From positions 118,182 to 182,181 of the forward strand of contig CAVYCV010000008.1 of the NCBI GenBank assembly GCA_963767165.1: a stretch of 64,000 bases of DNA, read 5' to 3'. The notes beneath the pieces are model-generated. The model was not told the origin of the DNA. It worked only from the letters and a program-made list of their open reading frames with translations, and made no database searches. Each line of letters opens with the position of its first letter. Within the stretch, counting starts at the first letter, position 1. A program made the position numbers and the translations under genes. Of this stretch, positions 52,201-61,762 are shown one piece after another. This stretch comes from an uncultured Chloroflexia bacterium. GTDB taxonomy: Bacteria > Chloroflexota > Limnocylindria > Limnocylindrales > CSP1-4.

Positions 52201-53646
52201 GTGCGACCCTCCGTGCCCTGTTTGTCTTGGCTGGTCGCCACGGTTCTCATGGGATGTGTCCCGATCGAGTCGTCGACACCACTGGCGTCGCCTACTGGGA
52301 GCAGCACAGCCATCGCCCCGGCAGACCGGTCGGCTGAGCCGTCGATCGATCCGGCGGTGGTCGGCGCAGAGGCCGGACACGATCCCTTGTTCCCGGCGCT
52401 GGGCAATGGAGGCTATGACGTCCGGACCTACGACATCGACGTCGAAACGAACCCAGTCGACGACCAAACGACGCTTCGAGTCATCATCGAGGCAGTCGCG
52501 ACCCAGCGTCTCGGCCGGTTCAGTCTCGATTACTCCGGGATCGAACCGGTGACCGTCAGTGTCGACGACGTCGCGGCGCCGTTCACCGAATCGGGCGGCA
52601 AGTTGGTAGTCACAATCCCACGACTCGTCGCGCCCGGTCACGTATTCCGGACCGTCATCGACATCGCTGGCCGTCCAGGCCCGGTTCGTGGCGACGGCTG
52701 GGCGTGGCGCGGCGCAGAGCAGCTGTCGGCGTTCGGAATCTACGACGCGGTTGGGACGTGGCTTCCGACGAATGCCGATCCGGCCGACAGGGCGCTCATC
52801 GAGACCCGCGTCACGGTGCCGCGTCCATACACGGCTATCGGCCCAGGGGTCCTCATCTCCGAGACCGATGTGGCGGGCGGCCGCGAGTTCGAGTGGCGTG
52901 CCGGACCGTCCAACCAGTTCTCGATCGTCGTCAGGGACTACGAGATCGTCGACCTCGGGGAGGTGGCCGGAGTCCGCTTGACGAGCTATGAGCCGAAGGA
53001 TCTACCGCCGCGACAGCGCGAGGCGCTCAACCGCGTTCCAACGATCTTCGAGTACCTGAGCGAGGTCTACGGGCCCTTTCCATTCGAATCGCTGAACATC
53101 GTCTGGATCGACGGGCTGTCCGACAGGGAGGGCCCGGACGAGGGCCTCCTCAAATGGGGCCCGCAGCGCCTCGACCCGAAGGCGCTCGCGCACCATCTGA
53201 CTCACATCTGGTTCACGGTGAACGTCACGCCGTCGACCGCGCGTGAGAGTTACCTGCGGGCTGCCTTCGCCAACTACGCCAACCTGCTGTGGACCGAGCA
53301 CAGTGATGGTGTCGCTGCCCGCGACGAAGTGATCGCCACGATGCACGCACAACTCGGGGCACGGACGGATGCTCCAGCCGACCCGTCGAGGGTCATCGAC
53401 AACAAGGCCCTGTACATTCGGGGCCCCCTGTCACTCCACGCGCTCCGTGTCATCGTCGGCGACGACACGTTCTTCGAGGTCCTCCGCACATGGGTCGTTC
53501 GCTACCATCGGCAGGCCGCGAGCGTCGATGACTTCGTTGATCTCGCAGAACAGGTGTCCGGGCGCTCGCTGGAATCCTGGCGACAGCGCTGGATCCTCGA
53601 CGAGGTCGTTCCCCCGCTGAGCGACCTGGGCCTCGGCGCCGGCTGA
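52201..53646 (+). CDS. M1 aminopeptidase-like lipoprotein with altered zinc motifs
   Basis: LMGC lipobox, DPLFPALGNGGYDV..Y, Y.RGPL.LHALR..VGDD.FF; HHLTH in place of HExxH. Confidence 0.75.
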   Translation: MRPSVPCLSWLVATVLMGCVPIESSTPLASPTGSSTAIAPADRSAEPSIDPAVVGAEAGHDPLFPALGNGGYDVRTYDIDVETNPVDDQTTLRVIIEAVATQRLGRFSLDYSGIEPVTVSVDDVAAPFTESGGKLVVTIPRLVAPGHVFRTVIDIAGRPGPVRGDGWAWRGAEQLSAFGIYDAVGTWLPTNADPADRALIETRVTVPRPYTAIGPGVLISETDVAGGREFEWRAGPSNQFSIVVRDYEIVDLGEVAGVRLTSYEPKDLPPRQREALNRVPTIFEYLSEVYGPFPFESLNIVWIDGLSDREGPDEGLLKWGPQRLDPKALAHHLTHIWFTVNVTPSTARESYLRAAFANYANLLWTEHSDGVAARDEVIATMHAQLGARTDAPADPSRVIDNKALYIRGPLSLHALRVIVGDDTFFEVLRTWVVRYHRQAASVDDFVDLAEQVSGRSLESWRQRWILDEVVPPLSDLGLGAG

Positions 53647-53963
53647 TCTAGCAGGGCATTGCGATCGGGCCGACGGGGTCGCCTGCCCGGATTTCGACGC
53701 CGCTGCCTCTTGAGCATGAGATGTCCGAGTGTCAACTATCGGGGATCGCCGGCGAGCGATGCGAGCCCGTTGTCAGAGCGGGCGTTCCAATGAGCGATGG
53801 GCGACGCGCGTCCCGGCCATGCTCCGATTCGTCCAGCATGACGCGTCGTATGCAGGACGCCGGCTGACCGATCCGGAAGCGCTCGCGATGGTCAGCGCGC
53901 CGGATCCCGGGTAGCGATCGCGTTCCCGGGCGCCTACGATCCCGACAACAAGGAGGTGCGCCG

Positions 53964-55610
53964 ATGGCGATCGAGCAGCAGCGGACGTCGGCCCCTATCG
54001 CCGGCAACGCAGGATCGGGTCTCCTCGAGTCTCACGACCCCGCCACTGGTCAGCTCATCGGCACGGTGGCCGTCACGCCGCCGGACGAGGTCCAGCGGAT
54101 CGCCGAGGAGGTCGCGATGGTCCAGCGCGAGTGGGGGGAGCGACCGCTGGCCGAGCGGGCGGCGGTCATCCGGCGAGCGGCGAACATCCTCCTCGAGCGC
54201 AGCGACGAGATCGCCCGGGCTGTCACGCGCGAGACCGGCAAGACGCTCACCGAGGCGACCGTCGTCGATGTCGGAGCGCCGGCGATGGTCCTGGAATGGA
54301 TCGGCGGGCACGGCTATCGGGACCTCGCGCCGGAGCGCCTCCGGACGCCGCAGCTCCTGCTCAAGCACAAGCGGGAATGGCTCCTCTTCGAGCCACTCGG
54401 GGTGATCGGCGTCCTCTCGTCCTGGAACTACCCGGTCCTTGTCCCGGCCGGTCCGCTCGGGATGGCCCTCGTCGCTGGCAATGGCGTCGTGTTCAAGCCG
54501 TCGGAATACAGCCCGTTCGTCGGTGAGCTCCTCGCCGAGGTGTTCCGCGAGGCCGGCGTGCCCTCCGGCGTCCTGCGCGTCGTCCACGGTGGTGCGGCCA
54601 CAGGCGCGGCCATATGCACGGCGTCGTCGGTGGCGAAGATCTGCTTCACCGGTAGTGTCGAGGTCGGGATGGAGGTCATGCGCCTCGCCGCCGAGCATCG
54701 GAAGCCCGTCATCCTCGAGCTGGGCGGTAAGGACGCGGCGATCGTGTGCGCCGATGCCGACCTCGACCGGGCGGTCGGCATCACGGTCTGGGCGGCGATG
54801 GCTGGCGCCGGCCAGACGTGCGCCGGCGTCGAGCGCGTCTACGTCGACCGCCGCATCTACAACGAGTATCTCCGTCGAGCGGTCGCGTTGGCCGTCAAGC
54901 TGCGGCCTGGCGACCCCAACGACCCGACGACGCAGATCGGCTCGCTTAGCACGGAGGCCCAGTTCCAGCGCGTCGTCGCCCACCTCGACGACGCCGTCGC
55001 GAAGGGCGCCCGGATAGAGTGCGGCGGTCCGGTGCGCGTCGACGACTTGACCGGCTGGTTCATCGCGCCGGTCGTCCTCACTGGCGTGAACCACTCGATG
55101 GCGGTCATGCGCGAGGAAACGTTCGGGCCCGTCCTGCCGGTCATGTCCTTCGACTCCGAAGATGACGCGATACGGCTCGCCAACGACTCGAGCTACGGCC
55201 TTGGCGCGAGCGTCTGGTCGCGCGACATCGGCCGCGCCCGCCGTCTCGCCCGGCGCGTGGAAGCGGGCATGGTCTGGATCAACGACCACGCGTATTCCGC
55301 GGCGGCCGGCCAGGCGCCCTGGGCGGGGATGAAGAATTCGGGACGGGGCGTCATCCACTCTCGGTTCGGGCTCTTCGAGATGGTGCACAAGCGGCTCATC
55401 TCCGAGGATCGAGGCTGGCTTCCGCTGCCCTGGTCATACCCCTACGACGAGGCACGGCGGCGCGGATTCATTGCCCTCCTGCGGGCCGTCTACGCGCCCG
55501 GGATCGTCGCCAAAGCGCGCCGGGCCTGGACCGATCGGATTGCGCTGATGGCGTTCGCTCGGGGCCTGATCGCCTCGCGCACCCGGCTACGGGGCCGCCG
55601 TCAGCGATAG
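53964..55610 (+). CDS. Aldehyde dehydrogenase family protein
   Basis: WNYP, KPSE, FTGS, LELGGK, GQTCAG, EETFGP; AGGAGG RBS. Confidence 0.95.
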   Translation: MAIEQQRTSAPIAGNAGSGLLESHDPATGQLIGTVAVTPPDEVQRIAEEVAMVQREWGERPLAERAAVIRRAANILLERSDEIARAVTRETGKTLTEATVVDVGAPAMVLEWIGGHGYRDLAPERLRTPQLLLKHKREWLLFEPLGVIGVLSSWNYPVLVPAGPLGMALVAGNGVVFKPSEYSPFVGELLAEVFREAGVPSGVLRVVHGGAATGAAICTASSVAKICFTGSVEVGMEVMRLAAEHRKPVILELGGKDAAIVCADADLDRAVGITVWAAMAGAGQTCAGVERVYVDRRIYNEYLRRAVALAVKLRPGDPNDPTTQIGSLSTEAQFQRVVAHLDDAVAKGARIECGGPVRVDDLTGWFIAPVVLTGVNHSMAVMREETFGPVLPVMSFDSEDDAIRLANDSSYGLGASVWSRDIGRARRLARRVEAGMVWINDHAYSAAAGQAPWAGMKNSGRGVIHSRFGLFEMVHKRLISEDRGWLPLPWSYPYDEARRRGFIALLRAVYAPGIVAKARRAWTDRIALMAFARGLIASRTRLRGRRQR

Positions 55611-56096
55611 CCCGGCGTGCTCCTCCACGGGTTCCAGCGACTAGGGACCAACGGCCGTCGAGCTCCGCGGCGGTCGTCCGAGCCGCGCCGTGGGCGGCAG
55701 CGGTGAGCTCATCGAGGGGAGTAGCCTGCTCGCTGCCGCACGGCCGGGAGACCCTCGGCCTCTGGCGGTTCGGCGATCGATGGTTGGAGCGGTCCGAGAG
55801 GCCAGACCGAGGCTACCTTTGCCTCCGCGTCAGCGCCACCTCTCCGCGATCGCTCGCTGGACCTGGACCACCTCCAGCGGTCAGCCCGGACCTTCGATGC
55901 GCTCGCCGACGAGATTGGCGGTGCCAGGTACCCGACGGCTACCTTCGTGCAATGGTGTGTCCCCGCAGATCTCGTACTCCCAGATGAGCCTCCCTTTCCG
56001 GACAAGAGGTGTTGTCATCCGGGTAGGAGAACGTCAGCGTCGCCCGTCGGCTTCGTAGGTGCCATGGGTCGGCGTCGCATCTGAGGTCCCTGACGG

Positions 56097-56879
56097 TCAT
56101 CGGGACACGGCAGACGGCCAGTCGAGGGCAACCTGGTTGATGGCGCGATCCACCTCGCCAAGCTCCAGTGCACGTCCGGCCCGCACGGCAGCCCCCGCCC
56201 GGTCGTAGAGGTCCTTCAAGAGCTCCCGTCCACCGCTCTGCCAGATCCCAATGGCTGCGGCGTGCAGACGCAGCTCGAACCAGCCGTAGTTCACGCCGCG
56301 AGCCTCGGCCATCTCGTCGATCGCCGCGTGCGACATGCGCTCCGGGCGAATGTGGCTCGCCGCGAGAGGGAACGTCTGGAGAGCGGGCCGGGTCGCCGGC
56401 TCGACCTCGGCGATATAGCCCTCAAGGGCGATGTTGCAATACAGCTCGTTCAGCCACCACCAACCGAAATCGAACCCTGCCTGGGCGTGGTACAGGTGTG
56501 CCAGCTCATGCAGCGACAGCAGATCGACGAACGGGCGGACCAGTGGTGGGTTCCCGTACACCGCGTGGAAGGTCGCCCGCAGTTCGTCGGGCATGTCCTC
56601 GACCGTGAGGTCGACGAGGTCGCCGAACAGGTCCGCGTACGTTGCGGCCACCTAGATCGTGCCGTCATCCCCGAAGTGGGGCATGCCATATATCGGCTGT
56701 CGGGTACGTTCAGCCCAGTCGCCAGGCGCCAGCACATCGAGGGTCAGGCGCGGGGTGAAGCCCAGCAGATCGGTCATCCAGCTCCGGGCCCCGTCGGTCC
56801 GTGCGGCAATGTCACGGGCCGTTTGGTCGGCACCGTCCGAGTAGTTGACCACGAATGGAACGTGGCGCAGCGTATGCAT
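56097..56879 (-). pseudogene. Gluzincin-like metallopeptidase interrupted by an in-frame TAG at 56652-56654
   Basis: Two collinear same-frame ORFs; GGAGG RBS; LHELAH...WLNE. Confidence 0.65.
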
Positions 56880-57498
56880 TTGGTCCTCCCGTCGCCGAGC
56901 GTTTGCTGGCGGACTGGCTGGCGGAAGCCGAACGGCTGGTGACGTCCTCCCGATTCGATGACGGGAGCGAGCGTCACTGCGCGGCCCGGATGCGCGATTC
57001 CCGCCGACCTCAGTGCGAGACCGGCGCCCCGCTAGCCGGCAGATGACGTTGCCCGAGCGCGTTCGGCTCCTTGCGTGGGTTCGTCCGGACAGTCTAGAAG
57101 TTGCCGTCCCAGCTATCGGCGCATGTCCAGCCCGTTATCCGTCGACCGCGTCCGCGACGATCCCTTCGCCTGGTGCGATCCACGGGCTCGGTTACCAGGG
57201 TGCTCATCAGGGTTGCTCATGGGGCCGTCTGCAGGCGACGCTGGCATCCGGTCGGGACGCTGCTCGCATAGCGTACGGGACAGCAGCCCGACTGCCGCAA
57301 GTCGGTCGCTACCCGTGGAAAGGTGGCTGCTGTACATCGGGACCGCGTCACCGGCCATCGGCGGTGTCGCGCTGGGCATCGGCCTCCTGACGGCCGCCAG
57401 ACGCTGATCGCCGCCCTGCCGGCAGCGTGTTCGACGTGGTCGCGAGCCTTGAAGCACCGATCATCGGGGTGGGATCGCATCGCTCGTACACTTCACTG

Positions 57499-58899
57499 AT
57501 GGACCGGAGACGTCGTCCGAACATCCTGTTCATCATGTCCGACGATCACGCGACACAGGCGGTGAGTGCCTACGGCTCGCGCCTCAACGAAACCCCGCAG
57601 ATCGATCGCATCGCCTCCGGCGGCATGCGCTTCGATGCGTGCTACTGCACGAACTCGCTCTGTACCCCGTCTCGGGCGACGATCCTGACCGGCACCTACA
57701 GCCATGTCAACGGCGTCACGACGCTGGACACGCCGTGGGACGCTCGCCAACCAACGTTCATAACGGCCCTGGGATCGGCCGGCTACCGATCGGCGGTGAT
57801 CGGCAAGTGGCATCTCGGCCATGGCGGGATCCATGATCCGCACGGCTTCGATGACTGGATCGTTCTGCCGGATCAGGGGGAGTACTCCGATCCGCAGTTC
57901 CTGACGGCGCGCGGCCCGCGACGCATCAGCGGGTATGTGACCGATGTCATCACCGATCTCGCGATCGACTGGCTCGGGCGCCGAGACCCGGAGCGACCGT
58001 TCTGCCTCCTCGTGCACCACAAGGCGCCCCATCGATCGTGGGAGCCGGACGAGCGCCACGATGGGATGTATGGCGAGGCGATACTGGAGGTGCCGGCCAG
58101 CTTCGGCGATGACCATGCTGGCCAGGCGCTCGCCGCATCCGAGGCACGGATGACGATGGCAGAGCTCGGCCCGACGGATCTGAAGGCTCCGATCCCGCCC
58201 GGTCTCGACCGCGTCGCCGAGGATCGCTGGCGCTGGCGACGGTTCATCGAGGACTACCTCGCCAGCGTCGCGAGCATCGACGACAACGTCGGCCGTCTGC
58301 TCGACTGGCTCGACACGGCGGGGATCGCGAACGACACGATCGTCGTGTACACGAGCGATCAGGGGTTCTTTCTCGGCGAACACGGCTGGTTCGACAAGCG
58401 GTTCATGTACGAGGAATCGATCCGCATGCCGCTGCTCATCAGGTACCCGCCCGAGATCCCGGCCGGCAGCGGCACGGATGCGATGGTCCTCAACCTCGAT
58501 TTCGCCCCGACGTTCTGCGACCTGGCGCGCGTTCCGATCCCGACATCCATGCAGGGCCGTTCGATCCGACCCCTTCTTCAGGGAGAACAACCGGACGATT
58601 GGCGCACGAGCATGTACTACCGATATTGGATGCATCTCGACTCGGTGCACCGTGTCCAGGCGCACTACGGCGTGCGGACGACCCGCTTCAAGCTGGTGCG
58701 CTACCCGGGCACCGGAGCAGGTGTCCCCGGCGCATCGCCGGAAACGCGGACCCCGGAGTGGGAGCTCTTCGACCTCCAAGCGGACCCCTTCGAGCTCAAG
58801 AGCGTTTACGAGGATCCCGCCTATGCCCGCAAGGTCGACGACCTGACAGCGGAGCTGGCGCGACTTCGGGCCGAATATCTGGACGATCCGCCGGGCTGA
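57499..58899 (+). CDS. Sulfatase (formylglycine-dependent)
   Basis: PNILFIMSDDH, CTPSRATILTG, GKWHLG, YTSDQG, DKRFMYEES. Confidence 0.95.
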   Translation: MDRRRRPNILFIMSDDHATQAVSAYGSRLNETPQIDRIASGGMRFDACYCTNSLCTPSRATILTGTYSHVNGVTTLDTPWDARQPTFITALGSAGYRSAVIGKWHLGHGGIHDPHGFDDWIVLPDQGEYSDPQFLTARGPRRISGYVTDVITDLAIDWLGRRDPERPFCLLVHHKAPHRSWEPDERHDGMYGEAILEVPASFGDDHAGQALAASEARMTMAELGPTDLKAPIPPGLDRVAEDRWRWRRFIEDYLASVASIDDNVGRLLDWLDTAGIANDTIVVYTSDQGFFLGEHGWFDKRFMYEESIRMPLLIRYPPEIPAGSGTDAMVLNLDFAPTFCDLARVPIPTSMQGRSIRPLLQGEQPDDWRTSMYYRYWMHLDSVHRVQAHYGVRTTRFKLVRYPGTGAGVPGASPETRTPEWELFDLQADPFELKSVYEDPAYARKVDDLTAELARLRAEYLDDPPG

Positions 58900-59079
58900 C
58901 AGGCCAAGCGCATCGCCGCGCCGCACCGCGCCGCGCGGCGCCAGAGAGCGCGCGGATTCGCCGAATGAGTCGAACGCGACCAGCGACCAACGTGCTCGAC
59001 CTCGACAGGGGTCGACCGGCCGCCGTACTGCTGCCGACAAGAGGATCGAAGTCGGGACGGCAGGCGAGTACAACCGGAC

Positions 59080-59330
59080 CTTCGCCGCAAGCTGGGCGAA
59101 GGCGAAGGCGCCGACGGGGGGCGACGATGATCCAGTCGGTCTACGAGGAGATCGTCGTTCGCGGAGAGGAGTCGTCAGCGTCCGCCTCACGCCGGAAACG
59201 TATGCCAATGGCCTCGCGCTCGCTCTGCTGCCGAGGTTGTGGTTCCAGCCCTTCCGACCTGGGGCGGGGCGCGGCGGGGATCAAATATGGCATTGGCGCG
59301 CCCGACAGGAGTCGGACGTGCAACGCAGGG
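59080..59330 (+). pseudogene. Probable C-terminal remnant of a site-specific recombinase, running over a tRNA 3'-end-like sequence
   Basis: With indels reads IQSVYEEIVV..VSVRLTPETYANGLALALP..ALARPTGVGRA; the minus strand at 59294-59317 is GTCCGACTCCTGTCGGGCGCGCCA. Confidence 0.4.
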
Positions 59331-59528
59331 CCCAGAAGCGCGCGAGTCGTCGAGCGCGAAACGGCGCCAGGTATCGAACGAGCGTTCTGAAGTCCGTGAG
59401 GAGGTCCGCGTCGCGCCCTTACAGTTATCAGCTATTCAGGCGCTATGCAGCGAGTCGGGCTCGGTACCGAACGTCCCCGCATGCGCCCGAAAGCTGATGC
59501 TCTTGAGCATCGGCTATTCTTGATCGGC

Positions 59529-59565
59529 GCCGACATAGCTCAGCGGTAGAGCAGCTGTTTCGTAA
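59529..59565 (+). tRNA. Second 5' half of tRNA-Thr(CGT) (attL of the integrase element)
   Basis: Identical to 50957-50993 except one D-loop base; ends at TTCGTAA; TATTCT -10 at 59515. Confidence 0.85.
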
Positions 59566-59637
59566 TGAGCTTCCGTGCTTGAGCTCCCGCAGTCTCGTGC
59601 GCAGAAACAGCAGTCCTAGGCCAGGCAGGACTATCAG

Positions 59638-59659
59638 ACCCCCCACATAAACCCCCCAC
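59638..59659. repeat. ACCCCCCAC direct repeat (13-bp period); putative integrase arm-type sites
   Basis: Lies between the att core and the integrase start. Confidence 0.55.
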
Positions 59660-59677
59660 CGTGGTAGCGTCCCGTGC

Positions 59678-60919
59678 ATGGCTCGACGAGGGCAGCGCAA
59701 TCCTAGAGGGGCCGGGACCGTCTACGAACGCGTGGATCGGCCCGGGACCTGGGTGACCGAGATCACGGTCGGCGGCAAGCGAAGACGCGAGCACTATTCG
59801 AGCAAGGAACTTGCCCGAGCTGCCCTTGAGAGGCTGGCGAGGGGCGCGGCGGATCAGCCTAGACCGGAGTCCTTGGGCGCCTGGTTGACGCGGTGGGCCG
59901 AGACGATCGCCCCTGGGCGTGTGGAACCAAAGACAGCGCAGACCTACGCCTCCATCATCCGCAATCAATGGCTGCGACACGAGATCTGTAAGGCCCCGAT
60001 CGCTGCGGTCGAGCCGGAGCAGATCGAGGATGCGCTAGTCGACTTGATGGCCACGGGGCTCAGTCGCACGACCGTTGGGCACGCTCGCGCCGTTCTGTCG
60101 GCGGCCTACACAGCGGCGATCCGGGCCAAGCTAGTGATTGCCAACCCGGTGCCGGGGGCTCGGCTGCCTGGCCGCCCGACCACACCGCGTGTGCGCCAAA
60201 TGCGTTTCTCAGAGGACGTCTATCGGCAAATCAGCGACGCGGTGGCGGACCACCCGATCCGACCTTTCGTCGAGCTGATTGCCAGGATGGGTCTGCGGCC
60301 TGGTGAGGTCCTCGCCCTGCAGTGGCGCGATGTCGATCTCGCCGGTCTGTTGATCTACGTTCGCCAGGCGGTGAAACAAGTGGGCACGGGTTGGGTTGTC
60401 GGCCCGCCTAAGACCGCCCTCAGCGCGCGCGACGTGCCGATGCCCGTTGAGCTGCGCCCGATCCTGTTTCAGCTCCGCGACCGTCAACACAAGCCGCCGG
60501 AAGATGCTTGGGTGTTCCCTTCGCCGTTCTCTCCCGGTCAGCCGGACAATCCGGTTCGGATGGCGAAGGCTTGCAGGCCGATCTTCGACGCTGCCGGCCT
60601 ATCGGGCTGGACGCCGCGGGACCTGCGTAGCCTGCACGCCTCCATCTTGCTAGGACAGAACGTGGATGTCGTCACCGTGTCGCGTCGGCTCGGGCACTCA
60701 GATCCAACGACCACATTCAGACGCTATGCCGGAGTGGTTACCGGTACCGACCGTCGAGCCGCTGATGGAATGCGGATGTGGGGGCATCCGCGAAGGCCGA
60801 AGGCTGGGGACTCGGAACACGATCACGTCGACGACGCTCCTGTGAAGAGCCCGACCAAGAAGCGAGCCCCGGGCGCATCGCACGCGGCAGGCGAGCGAGA
60901 GGCGAGTGCGATTTGGTAG
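59678..60919 (+). CDS. Tyrosine recombinase/integrase
   Basis: RGAGTVY N-terminal arm domain, GLRPGE.LAL.W.DVD, PKT, RDLR, LGHS, Y in FRRYA. Confidence 0.93.
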   Translation: MARRGQRNPRGAGTVYERVDRPGTWVTEITVGGKRRREHYSSKELARAALERLARGAADQPRPESLGAWLTRWAETIAPGRVEPKTAQTYASIIRNQWLRHEICKAPIAAVEPEQIEDALVDLMATGLSRTTVGHARAVLSAAYTAAIRAKLVIANPVPGARLPGRPTTPRVRQMRFSEDVYRQISDAVADHPIRPFVELIARMGLRPGEVLALQWRDVDLAGLLIYVRQAVKQVGTGWVVGPPKTALSARDVPMPVELRPILFQLRDRQHKPPEDAWVFPSPFSPGQPDNPVRMAKACRPIFDAAGLSGWTPRDLRSLHASILLGQNVDVVTVSRRLGHSDPTTTFRRYAGVVTGTDRRAADGMRMWGHPRRPKAGDSEHDHVDDAPVKSPTKKRAPGASHAAGEREASAIW

Positions 60920-61013
60920 CTGGCCGGCAAGGCGGACCAACCATCCAATCGGATGACGGGCGGGATGACCCCTTCATGGCAGCGTCGCCGGCACGGCGGG
61001 CGAGGCTGGAGGC

Positions 61014-61088
61014 TGGAGCCGCCTCAGGGATTCGAACCCTGGACCTGCGGTTTACGAAACCGCTGCTCTACCACTGAGCTAAGGCGGC
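61014..61088 (-). tRNA. tRNA-Thr(CGT), intact, CCA encoded
   Basis: GCCGCCT/AGGCGGC acceptor, GCTC/GAGC D-arm, GCGGT-TTCGTAA-ACCGC, CAGGG-TTCGAAT-CCCTG, TCCA; 75 nt. Confidence 0.95.
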
Positions 61089-61097
61089 GGGGTGCTG

Positions 61098-61147
61098 GAG
61101 GGCCGTTTACGAAACGGCTCTCGCTCTGCCGTCTAAGCTAAGGCATC
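61098..61147 (-). ncRNA. tRNA-Thr-like 5' half with a complete anticodon stem-loop, directly upstream of the intact tRNA
   Basis: GATGCCT-TA-GCTT-AGACGGCA-GAGC-GAGA-GCCGT-TTCGTAA-ACGGC-CCTC; no T-arm. Confidence 0.6.
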
Positions 61148-61232
61148 GCAGGCCGAAGTCTACCGAAGGACCGTGCGTATCCTCGATCGCTGAATTCGAG
61201 GACGAGCTCACAAGCAATGAGGCCGTGCTGGG

Positions 61233-61737
61233 TCACGCAGCCAGCATCCCGAGCCCCTCGAACAGGTGCTCTGTCAACTCCTCGCAGTAGACGTCTTCCG
61301 CCATCTGTCGCCCATTGATGCGGATGACGTAGGTGTCGTCCGACCGCAGCCAGATTTCGACACGGCGCCCGCCCTTGGCGACGAAGGCCAGACCGGCTCC
61401 GCCCGGGTCTCCGCAATCGCAGGGGAGGACCTCGTAGTCCCCAGCCCCCATGAGGTCGAACGCGCTCCCGCCGCGCATTCCGGCCTCGATCTGGCTCGCG
61501 ATGATTTTGAGCGTCGGCACAGCGAGTGGGGAAGCCGGGCAGGGCTGCGGTAGGCGGCTTCTCGAGCCACCCCTCTGCTACCTCGGGAGTCCCATCGGTG
61601 TCCGGGCGCGGGAACGAAGAACGCCCTAGTTCGGTGAGGTTCACCATGCCCTGCGGCCCGAAGGCCATCACGGGCTTCCCCTCGCGGATCGCCTTCACCA
61701 CGAAGTCGGGCAGGTCGTCCTCTCGGTTGTCCGGCAT
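61233..61737 (-). CDS. Hypothetical protein (probably one gene with a frameshift near 61530)
   Basis: Protein-like N-terminal part in ORF 61138..61737 and C-terminal part in ORF 61233..61520. Confidence 0.4.
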
Positions 61738-61762
61738 TGCCGACTCGATGGCGATGCGGAGA

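Larger units (their letters stand above)
50994..59565. mobile_element. Degenerate genomic island between the two tRNA-Thr 5' halves
   Basis: 36/37-nt direct repeats at the ends, long intergenic gaps, pseudogenes, recombinase-like remnant near the right end. Confidence 0.65.

Noticed and set aside
53723-53736. CCGAGTGTCAACT as the missing tRNA 3' end
   Set aside because: Short, lacks a T-loop, and TGTCAAC does not pair fully with GCCGACA.
57075-57407. Membrane-protein ORF before the sulfatase
   Set aside because: Only the last ~30 codons look protein-like; at best a remnant.
59566-59640. Possible intron-containing tRNA-Thr, because AAACAGCAGTC at about 59604 could complete the anticodon stem
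   Set aside because: No TTCGA T-loop or TGTCGGC acceptor strand follows, and the 40-nt insert is too short for a group I intron.
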